Of a stretch of 64,000 nucleotides of DNA, positions 50,840-62,878 are shown in pieces (the stretch's first letter is position 1; each line of letters begins with the position of its first letter). Source of the stretch: Eledone cirrhosa (lineage: Eukaryota); contig OZ024744.1 in assembly GCA_964016885.1 (NCBI GenBank), forward strand, positions 9,362,001-9,426,000, written 5' to 3'. Both the position numbers and the translations under genes were made by a program. The notes under the pieces were generated by a model that had not been told where the DNA came from, did no database searches, and saw only the letters and a program-made list of their open reading frames with translations.

Positions 50840-53800
50840 TACCTGGTTATGTGTTGTATGTGGTCCTAGATGTATGTATTACCAGGTTGTATGTTCTATG
50901 TAGTCCTAGATGTATGTATTACCTGGTTATGTGTTGTATGTAGTCCTAGATGTGTGTATTACCTGGTTATGTGGTGTATGTAGTCATAGATGTATGTATT
51001 ACCTGCTTGTGTGTTGTATGTGGTCCTAGATGTATGTATTACTTGGTTATGTGTTGTATGTGGTCCTAGATGTTGTTATAACCTGTCTGTTGTTGTATGT
51101 GGTCCTAGATGTGTGTATTACCTGCTTGTGTGTTGTATGTGGTCCTAGATGTATGTATTACCTGGTTATGTGTTGTATGTGGTCCTAGATGTGTTATTAC
51201 CTGCTTGTATGTTATATGTGGTCCTAGATGTGTGTATTACTTGCTTGTGTGTTCTATGTAGTCCTAGATGTATGTATTACCTGGTTATGTGTTGTATGTA
51301 GTCATAGATGTATGTATTACTTGGTTATGTGTTGTATGTGTTCCTAGATGTGTGTATTACCTGCTTGTGTGTCCTAGATGTATGTATTACCTGCTTGTGT
51401 GTTGTATGTGTTCCTATATGTGTGTATTACCTGCTTGTGTGTTGTATGTAGTGTTAGATGTATGTATTACCTGCCTGTGTGTTGTATGTGGTCCTAGATG
51501 TATGTATTACCTGCTTGTGTGTTGTATGTAGTCGTTGATGTATGTATTATCTGCTTGTGTGTTGTATGTAGTCCTAGATGGGTGTATTACCTGCTTGTGT
51601 GTTGTATGTGGCCCTAGATGTGTGTATTACCTGCTTGTGTGTTGTATGTGGCCCTAGATGTGTGTATTACCTGGTTATGTGTTGTATGTAGTCCTAGATG
51701 TGTGTATTACCCGCTTGTATGTTGTATATAGTCCTAGATGTATGTATTACCTGCTTGTGTGTTGTATGTAGTCCTAGATGTGTGTATTACCTGCTTGTGT
51801 GTTGTATGTGGCCTTAGATGTGTGTATTACCTGCTTGTGTGTTGTATGTGGCCCTAGATGTGTGTATTACCTGCTTGTGTGTTGTATGTGGTCCTAGATG
51901 TGTGTATTCCCTGCTTGTGTGTTGTATGTGGTCCTAGATGTATGTATTACCTGCTTATGTGTTGTATGTGGTCGAAGATGTATGTATTACCTGCCAGTGT
52001 GTTGTATGCGGTCCTAGATGTATGTATTACCTACTGGTGTGTTGTATGTGGTCCTAGATGTGTGTATTACCTGCTTGTGTGTTGTATGTGGTCCTAGATG
52101 TATGTATTACATGGTTATGTGTTGTATGTGGTCCTAGATGTATCTATTACCTGGTTATGTGTTGTATGTGGTCCTGGATGATGTATTACCTGCCTGTGTG
52201 TTGTATGTGTTTCTAGATGTATGTAGTACCTGGTTATGTGTTGTATGTGGTCCTAGATGTATGTATTACCTGCTTGTGTGTTGTATTTGGTCCTAGATGT
52301 ATGTATTACCTGCTTGTGTGTTGTATGTGGTCCTAGATGTATGTATTACCTGCTTGTGTGTTGTATGTAGTCCTAGATCTATGTATTACCTGCCTGTGTG
52401 TTGTATGTAGTCCTAGATGAATGTATTACCTGCCTGTGTGTTGTATGTAGTCCTGGATGTATGTATTACCTGCCTGTGTGTTGTATGTCGTCCTAGATGT
52501 ATGTATTACCTGCCTGTGTGTTGTATATGGTCCTAGATCTATGTATTACCTGCCTGTGTGTTGTATGTGGTCCTAGATGTATGTATTACCTGCTTGCGTG
52601 TTGTATGTAGTCCTAGATGTATGTATTCCCTGCTTGTGTGTTGTATGTAGTCCTAGATGTATGTATTCCCTGCTTGTGTGTTGTATGTAGTCCTAGATGT
52701 ATGTATTACCTGCTTGTGTGTTGTATGTAGTCTTAGGTGTATTTATTACGTGCTTGTGTGTTGTATGTAGTCCTAGATGTATGTATTACCTGCTTGCCTT
52801 GTGTGTTGTATGTAGTCCTAGATCTATGTATTACCTGCCTGTGTGTTGTATGTGGTCCTAGATGTATGTATTACCTGCTTGTGTGTTGTATGTAGTCCTA
52901 GATGTATGTATTCCCTGCTTGTGTGTTGTATGTCGTCCTAGATGTATGTATTACCTGGTTATGTGTTGTATGTGGTCCTAGATGTGTGTATTACCTGCCT
53001 GTGTGTTGTATGTGGTCCTAGATGTATGTATTACCTACTTGTGTGTTGTATGTAGTCCTAGATGTATGTATTACCTGCTTGTCTTGTGTGTTGTATGTAG
53101 TTCTAGATGTATGTATTACCTGGTTATGTGTTGTATGTGGTCCTAGATGTATGTATTACCAGCCTGTGTGTTGTATGTGGTCCTAGATGTATGTATTACC
53201 TGGTTATGTGTTGTATGTGGTCCTAGATGTGTTATTACCTGCTTGTATGTTTTATGTGGTTCTAGATGTGTGTATTACTTGCTTGTGTGTTCTATGTAGT
53301 CCTAGATGTATGTATTACCTGCTGGTGTGTTGTATGTGGTCCTGGATGTATGAATTACCTGCTTGTGTGTTGTATGTGGTCCTAGATGTATGTATTACCT
53401 GGTTATGTGTTGTATGTAGTCCTAGATGTATGTACTACCTGGTTATGTGTTGTATGTGGTCCTAGATGTATGTATTACCTGCTTGTGTGTTGTATGTGGT
53501 CCTAGATATATGTATTACCTGGTTGTGTGTTCTATGTAGTCCTAGATGTATGTATTACCTGGTTATGTGTTGTATGTAGTCCTAGATGTATGTATTACCT
53601 GCTTGTGTGTTGTATGTGGTCCTAGATGTATGTATTACTTGGTTATGTGTTGTATGTGGTCCTAGATGTTGTTATAACCTGTCTGTTGTTGTATGTGGTC
53701 CTAGATGTGTGTATTACCTGCTTGTGTGTTGTATGTAGTCCTAGATGTATGTATTACCTGGTTATGTGTTGTATGTTGTCCTAGATGTATGTACTACCTG

Positions 53801-56800
53801 GTTATGTGTTGTATGTGGTCCTAGATGTATGTATTACCCGGTTGTGTGTTCTATGTAGTCCTAGATGTATGTATTACCTGGTTATGTGTTGTATGTAGTC
53901 CTAGATGTGTGTATTACCTGGTTATGTGGTGTATGTAGTCATAGATGTATGTATTACCTGCTTGTGTGTTGTATGTGGTCCTAGATGTATGTATTACTTG
54001 GTTATGTGTTGTATGTGGTCCTAGATGTTGTTATAACCTGTCTGTTGTTGTATGTGGTCCTAGATGCGTGTATTACCTGCTTGTGTGTTGTATGTGGTCC
54101 TAGATGTATGTATTACCTGGTTATGTGTTGTATGTGGTCCTGGATGTGTTATTACCTGCTTGTATGTTATATGTGGTCCTAGATATGTGTATTACTTGCT
54201 TGTGTGTTCTATGTAGTCCTAGATGTATGTATTACCTGGTTATGTGTTGTATGTAGTCATAGATGTATGTATTACTTGGTTATCTGTTGTATGTGGTCCT
54301 AGATGTGTGTATTACCTGCTTGTGTGTCCTAGATGTATGTATTACCTGCTTGTTTGTTGTATGTGTTCCTATATGTGTGTATTACCTGCTTGTGTGTTGT
54401 ATGTAGTCCTAGATGTATGTATTCCCTGCTTGTTTGTTGTATGTGTTCCTATATGTGTGTATTACCTGCTTGTGTGTTGTATGTAGTGCTAGATGTATGT
54501 ATTACCTGCCTGTGTGTTGTATGTGGTCCTAGATGAATGTATTACCTGCTTGTGTGTTGTATGTGGCCCTAGATGTGTGTATTACCTGCTTGTGTGTTGT
54601 ATGTGGCCCTAGATGTGTGTATTACCTGCTTGTGTGTTGTATGTGGTCCTAGATGTGTGTATTCCCTGCTTGTGTGTTGTATGTGGTCCTAGATGTATGT
54701 ATTACCTGCTTATGTGTTTATGTGGTCGAAGATGTATGTATTACCTGCCAGTGTGTTGTATGCGGTCCTAGATGTATGTATTAACTACTGGTGTGTTGTA
54801 TGTGGTCCTAGATGTGTGTATTACCTGCTTGTGTGTTGTATGTGGTCCTAGATGTATGTATTATATGGTTATGTGTTGTATGTGGTCCTAGATGTATCTA
54901 TTACCTGGTTATGTGTTGTATGTGGTCCTGGATGTATGTATTACCTGCCTGTGTGTTGTATGTGTTTCTAGATGTATGTATTACCTGGTTATGTGTTGTA
55001 TGTGGACCTAGATGTATGCATTACCTGCTTGTGTGTTGTATTTGGTCCTAGATGTATGTATTACCTGCTTGTGTGTTGTATGTGATCCTAGATGTATGTA
55101 TTACCTGCTTGTGTGTTGTATGTAGTCCTAGATCTATGTATTACCTGTCTGTGTGTTGTATGTAGTCCTAGATGAATGTATTACCTGCCTGTGTGTTGTA
55201 TGTAGTCATGGATGTATGTATTACCTGCCTGTGTGTTGTATGTCGTCCTAGATGTATGTATTACCTGCCTGTGTGTTGTATGTGGTCCTAGATCTATGTA
55301 TTACCTGCCTGTGTGTTGTATGTGGTCCTAGATGTATGTATTACCTGCTTGTGTGTTGTATGTAGTCCTAGATGTATGTATTCCCTGCTTGTGTGTTGTA
55401 TGTAGTCCTAGATGTATGTATTCCCTGCTTGTGTGTTGTATGTAGTCCTAGATGTATGTATTACCTGCTTGCCTTGTGTGTTGTATGTAGTCCTAGATGT
55501 ATGTATTACCTGCTTGTGTGTTGTATGTAGTCCTAGATGTATGTATTACCTGCTTGCCTTGTGTGTTGTATGTAGTCCTAGATCTATGTATTACCTGCCT
55601 GTGTGTTGTATGTGGTCATAGATGTATGTATTACCTGCTTGTGTGTTGTATGTCGTCTTAGATGTATGTATTACCTGCTTGTGTGTTGTATGTGGTCCTA
55701 GATGTGTGTATTACCTGCCTGTGTGTTGTATGTGGTCCTAGATGTATGTATTACCTGCTTGTGTGTTGTATGTAGTCCTAGATGTATGTATTACCTGCTT
55801 GCCTTGTGTGTTGTATGTAGTCCTAGATGTATGTATTACCTGCTTGTGTGTTGTATGTAGTCTTAGGTGTATTTATTACGTGCTTGTGTGTTGTATGTGG
55901 TCCTAGATGTGTGTATTACCTGCTTGTGTGTTGTATGTAGTCCTAGATGTGTGTATTACCTGGTTATGTGTTGTATATTGTCATAGATGTGTGTATTACC
56001 TGCTTGTGTGTTGTATGTGGTCCTAGATGTGTGTATTACTTGCTTGTGTGTTGTATGTAGTCCTAGATGTGTGTATTACCTGCTTCTTTGTTGTATGTGG
56101 TCCTAGATGTATGTATTACCTACTGCTGTGTTGTATATGGTCCTAGATGTGTGTATTACCTGCTTGTGTGTTGTATTTGGTCCTAGATGTATGTATTACC
56201 TGGTTGTGTGTTCTATGTAGTCCTAGATGTATGTATTACCTGGTTATGTGTTGTATGTGGTCCTAGATGTATGTATTACCTGTTTCTGTGTTGTACGTGG
56301 TCCTAGATGCATGTATTACCTGGTTATGTGTTGTATGTGGTGCTAGATGTATGTATTACCTGCTTGTGTGTTGTATGTGGCCCTATATGTGTGTATTACC
56401 TGCTTGTGTGTTGGATATGGTCCTAGATGTATGTATTACCTGGTTATGTGTTGTATGTAATCCTAGATGTATGTACTACCTGGTTATGTGTTGTATGTGG
56501 TCCTAGATGTATGTATTACCTGCTTGTGTGTTGTATGTGGTCCTAGATGTATGTATTACCTGGTTGTGTGTTCTATGTAGTCCTAGATGTATGTATTACC
56601 TGGTTATGTGTTGTATGTAGTCCTAGATGTGTGTATTACGTGGTTATGTGGTGTATGTAGTCCTAGATGTATGTATTACCTGCTTGTGTGTCGTATATGG
56701 TCCTAGATGTATGTATTACTTGGTTATGTGTTGTATGTGGTCCTAGATGTTGTTATAACCTGCCTGTTGTTGTATGTGGTCCTAGAAGTGTGTATTACCT

Positions 56801-59800
56801 GCCTGTGTGTTGTATGTAGTCCTAGATGTATGTATTACCTGGTTATGTGTTGTATGTGGTCCTAGATGTATGTATTACCAGGTTGTATGTTCTATGTAGT
56901 CCTAGATGTATGTATTACCTGGTTATGTGTTGTATGTAGTCCTAGATGTGTGTATTACCTGGTTATGTGGTGTATGTAGTCATAGATGTATGTATTACCT
57001 GCTTGTGTGTTGTATGTGGTCCTAGATGTATGTATTACTTGGTTATGTGTTGTATGTGGTCCTAGATGTTGTTATAACCTGTCTGTTGTTGTATGTGGTC
57101 CTAGATGTGTGTATTACCTGCTTGTGTGTTGTATGTGGTCCTAGATGTATGTATTACCTGGTTATGTGTTGTATGTGGTCCTAGATGTGTTATTACCTGC
57201 TTGTATGTTATATGTGGTCCTAGATGTGTGTATTACTTGCTTGTGTGTTCTATGTAGTCCTAGATGTATGTATTACCTGGTTATGTGTTGTATGTAGTCA
57301 TAGATGTATGTATTACTTGGTTATGTGTTGTATGTGTTCCTAGATGTGTGTATTACCTGCTTGTGTGTCCTAGATGTATGTATTACCTGCTTGTGTGTTG
57401 TATGTGTTCCTATATGTGTGTATTACCTGCTTGTGTGTTGTATGTAGTGTTAGATGTATGTATTACCTGCCTGTGTGTTGTATGTGGTCCTAGATGTATG
57501 TATTACCTGCTTGTGTGTTGTATGTAGTCGTTGATGTATGTATTATCTGCTTGTGTGTTGTATGTAGTCCTAGATGGGTGTATTACCTGCTTGTGTGTTG
57601 TATGTGGCCCTAGATGTGTGTATTACCTGCTTGTGTGTTGTATGTGGCCCTAGATGTGTGTATTACCTGGTTATGTGTTGTATGTAGTCCTAGATGTGTG
57701 TATTACCCGCTTGTATGTTGTATATAGTCCTAGATGTATGTATTACCTGCTTGTGTGTTGTATGTAGTCCTAGATGTGTGTATTACCTGCTTGTGTGTTG
57801 TATGTGGCCTTAGATGTGTGTATTACCTGCTTGTGTGTTGTATGTGGCCCTAGATGTGTGTATTACCTGCTTGTGTGTTGTATGTGGTCCTAGATGTGTG
57901 TATTCCCTGCTTGTGTGTTGTATGTGGTCCTAGATGTATGTATTACCTGCTTATGTGTTGTATGTGGTCGAAGATGTATGTATTACCTGCCAGTGTGTTG
58001 TATGCGGTCCTAGATGTATGTATTACCTACTGGTGTGTTGTATGTGGTCCTAGATGTGTGTATTACCTGCTTGTGTGTTGTATGTGGTCCTAGATGTATG
58101 TATTACATGGTTATGTGTTGTATGTGGTCCTAGATGTATCTATTACCTGGTTATGTGTTGTATGTGGTCCTGGATGATGTATTACCTGCCTGTGTGTTGT
58201 ATGTGTTTCTAGATGTATGTAGTACCTGGTTATGTGTTGTATGTGGTCCTAGATGTATGTATTACCTGCTTGTGTGTTGTATTTGGTCCTAGATGTATGT
58301 ATTACCTGCTTGTGTGTTGTATGTGGTCCTAGATGTATGTATTACCTGCTTGTGTGTTGTATGTAGTCCTAGATCTATGTATTACCTGCCTGTGTGTTGT
58401 ATGTAGTCCTAGATGAATGTATTACCTGCCTGTGTGTTGTATGTAGTCCTGGATGTATGTATTACCTGCCTGTGTGTTGTATGTCGTCCTAGATGTATGT
58501 ATTACCTGCCTGTGTGTTGTATATGGTCCTAGATCTATGTATTACCTGCCTGTGTGTTGTATGTGGTCCTAGATGTATGTATTACCTGCTTGCGTGTTGT
58601 ATGTAGTCCTAGATGTATGTATTCCCTGCTTGTGTGTTGTATGTAGTCCTAGATGTATGTATTCCCTGCTTGTGTGTTGTATGTAGTCCTAGATGTATGT
58701 ATTACCTGCTTGTGTGTTGTATGTAGTCTTAGGTGTATTTATTACGTGCTTGTGTGTTGTATGTAGTCCTAGATGTATGTATTACCTGCTTGCCTTGTGT
58801 GTTGTATGTAGTCCTAGATCTATGTATTACCTGCCTGTGTGTTGTATGTGGTCCTAGATGTATGTATTACCTGCTTGTGTGTTGTATGTAGTCCTAGATG
58901 TATGTATTCCCTGCTTGTGTGTTGTATGTCGTCCTAGATGTATGTATTACCTGGTTATGTGTTGTATGTGGTCCTAGATGTGTGTATTACCTGCCTGTGT
59001 GTTGTATGTGGTCCTAGATGTATGTATTACCTACTTGTGTGTTGTATGTAGTCCTAGATGTATGTATTACCTGCTTGTCTTGTGTGTTGTATGTAGTTCT
59101 AGATGTATGTATTACCTGGTTATGTGTTGTATGTGGTCCTAGATGTATGTATTACCAGCCTGTGTGTTGTATGTGGTCCTAGATGTATGTATTACCTGGT
59201 TATGTGTTGTATGTGGTCCTAGATGTGTTATTACCTGCTTGTATGTTTTATGTGGTTCTAGATGTGTGTATTACTTGCTTGTGTGTTCTATGTAGTCCTA
59301 GATGTATGTATTACCTGCTGGTGTGTTGTATGTGGTCCTGGATGTATGAATTACCTGCTTGTGTGTTGTATGTGGTCCTAGATGTATGTATTACCTGGTT
59401 ATGTGTTGTATGTAGTCCTAGATGTATGTACTACCTGGTTATGTGTTGTATGTGGTCCTAGATGTATGTATTACCTGCTTGTGTGTTGTATGTGGTCCTA
59501 GATATATGTATTACCTGGTTGTGTGTTCTATGTAGTCCTAGATGTATGTATTACCTGGTTATGTGTTGTATGTAGTCCTAGATGTATGTATTACCTGCTT
59601 GTGTGTTGTATGTGGTCCTAGATGTATGTATTACTTGGTTATGTGTTGTATGTGGTCCTAGATGTTGTTATAACCTGTCTGTTGTTGTATGTGGTCCTAG
59701 ATGTGTGTATTACCTGCTTGTGTGTTGTATGTAGTCCTAGATGTATGTATTACCTGGTTATGTGTTGTATGTTGTCCTAGATGTATGTACTACCTGGTTA

Positions 59801-62800
59801 TGTGTTGTATGTGGTCCTAGATGTATGTATTACCCGGTTGTGTGTTCTATGTAGTCCTAGATGTATGTATTACCTGGTTATGTGTTGTATGTAGTCCTAG
59901 ATGTGTGTATTACCTGGTTATGTGGTGTATGTAGTCATAGATGTATGTATTACCTGCTTGTGTGTTGTATGTGGTCCTAGATGTATGTATTACTTGGTTA
60001 TGTGTTGTATGTGGTCCTAGATGTTGTTATAACCTGTCTGTTGTTGTATGTGGTCCTAGATGCGTGTATTACCTGCTTGTGTGTTGTATGTGGTCCTAGA
60101 TGTATGTATTACCTGGTTATGTGTTGTATGTGGTCCTGGATGTGTTATTACCTGCTTGTATGTTATATGTGGTCCTAGATATGTGTATTACTTGCTTGTG
60201 TGTTCTATGTAGTCCTAGATGTATGTATTACCTGGTTATGTGTTGTATGTAGTCATAGATGTATGTATTACTTGGTTATCTGTTGTATGTGGTCCTAGAT
60301 GTGTGTATTACCTGCTTGTGTGTCCTAGATGTATGTATTACCTGCTTGTTTGTTGTATGTGTTCCTATATGTGTGTATTACCTGCTTGTGTGTTGTATGT
60401 AGTCCTAGATGTATGTATTCCCTGCTTGTTTGTTGTATGTGTTCCTATATGTGTGTATTACCTGCTTGTGTGTTGTATGTAGTGCTAGATGTATGTATTA
60501 CCTGCCTGTGTGTTGTATGTGGTCCTAGATGAATGTATTACCTGCTTGTGTGTTGTATGTGGCCCTAGATGTGTGTATTACCTGCTTGTGTGTTGTATGT
60601 GGCCCTAGATGTGTGTATTACCTGCTTGTGTGTTGTATGTGGTCCTAGATGTGTGTATTCCCTGCTTGTGTGTTGTATGTGGTCCTAGATGTATGTATTA
60701 CCTGCTTATGTGTTGTATGTGGTCGAAGATGTATGTATTACCTGCCAGTGTGTTGTATGCGGTCCTAGATGTATGTATTAACTACTGGTGTGTTGTATGT
60801 GGTCCTAGATGTGTGTATTACCTGCTTGTGTGTTGTATGTGGTCCTAGATGTATGTATTATATGGTTATGTGTTGTATGTGGTCCTAGATGTATCTATTA
60901 CCTGGTTATGTGTTGTATGTGGTCCTGGATGTATGTATTACCTGCCTGTGTGTTGTATGTGTTTCTAGATGTATGTATTACCTGGTTATGTGTTGTATGT
61001 GGACCTAGATGTATGCATTACCTGCTTGTGTGTTGTATTTGGTCCTAGATGTATGTATTACCTGCTTGTGTGTTGTATGTGATCCTAGATGTATGTATTA
61101 CCTGCTTGTGTGTTGTATGTAGTCCTAGATCTATGTATTACCTGTCTGTGTGTTGTATGTAGTCCTAGATGAATGTATTACCTGCCTGTGTGTTGTATGT
61201 AGTCATGGATGTATGTATTACCTGCCTGTGTGTTGTATGTCGTCCTAGATGTATGTATTACCTGCCTGTGTGTTGTATGTGGTCCTAGATCTATGTATTA
61301 CCTGCCTGTGTGTTGTATGTGGTCCTAGATGTATGTATTACCTGCTTGTGTGTTGTATGTAGTCCTAGATGTATGTATTCCCTGCTTGTGTGTTGTATGT
61401 AGTCCTAGATGTATGTATTCCCTGCTTGTGTGTTGTATGTAGTCCTAGATGTATGTATTACCTGCTTGCCTTGTGTGTTGTATGTAGTCCTAGATGTATG
61501 TATTACCTGCTTGTGTGTTGTATGTAGTCCTAGATGTATGTATTACCTGCTTGCCTTGTGTGTTGTATGTAGTCCTAGATCTATGTATTACCTGCCTGTG
61601 TGTTGTATGTGGTCATAGATGTATGTATTACCTGCTTGTGTGTTGTATGTCGTCTTAGATGTATGTATTACCTGCTTGTGTGTTGTATGTGGTCCTAGAT
61701 GTGTGTATTACCTGCCTGTGTGTTGTATGTGGTCCTAGATGTATGTATTACCTGCTTGTGTGTTGTATGTAGTCCTAGATGTATGTATTACCTGCTTGCC
61801 TTGTGTGTTGTATGTAGTCCTAGATGTATGTATTACCTGCTTGTGTGTTGTATGTAGTCTTAGGTGTATTTATTACGTGCTTGTGTGTTGTATGTGGTCC
61901 TAGATGTGTGTATTACCTGCTTGTGTGTTGTATGTAGTCCTAGATGTGTGTATTACCTGGTTATGTGTTGTATATTGTCATAGATGTGTGTATTACCTGC
62001 TTGTGTGTTGTATGTGGTCCTAGATGTGTGTATTACTTGCTTGTGTGTTGTATGTAGTCCTAGATGTGTGTATTACCTGCTTCTTTGTTGTATGTGGTCC
62101 TAGATGTATGTATTACCTACTGCTGTGTTGTATATGGTCCTAGATGTGTGTATTACCTGCTTGTGTGTTGTATTTGGTCCTAGATGTATGTATTACCTGG
62201 TTGTGTGTTCTATGTAGTCCTAGATGTATGTATTACCTGGTTATGTGTTGTATGTGGTCCTAGATGTATGTATTACCTGTTTCTGTGTTGTACGTGGTCC
62301 TAGATGCATGTATTACCTGGTTATGTGTTGTATGTGGTGCTAGATGTATGTATTACCTGCTTGTGTGTTGTATGTGGCCCTATATGTGTGTATTACCTGC
62401 TTGTGTGTTGGATATGGTCCTAGATGTATGTATTACCTGGTTATGTGTTGTATGTAATCCTAGATGTATGTACTACCTGGTTATGTGTTGTATGTGGTCC
62501 TAGATGTATGTATTACCTGCTTGTGTGTTGTATGTGGTCCTAGATGTATGTATTACCTGGTTGTGTGTTCTATGTAGTCCTAGATGTATGTATTACCTGG
62601 TTATGTGTTGTATGTAGTCCTAGATGTGTGTATTACGTGGTTATGTGGTGTATGTAGTCCTAGATGTATGTATTACCTGCTTGTGTGTCGTATATGGTCC
62701 TAGATGTATGTATTACTTGGTTATGTGTTGTATGTGGTCCTAGATGTTGTTATAACCTGCCTGTTGTTGTATGTGGTCCTAGAAGTGTGTATTACCTGCC

Positions 62801-62878
62801 TGTGTGTTGTATGTAGTCCTAGATGTATGTATTACCTGGTTATGTGTTGTATGTGGTCCTAGATGTATGTATTACCAG
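50840..62878 (+). repeat. Near-identical tandem duplication of a ~6.0-kb unit (offset 5996/5997)
   Basis: Identical ORF pairs: 51268/57264, 51858/57854, 53187/59183, 54223/60219, 54812/60809 and 56267/62264. Shared private variants include GATGGGTG, GTCGTTGATG, GGATGATGT, GTAGTACC and TTGGATATGG. Confidence 0.95.
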
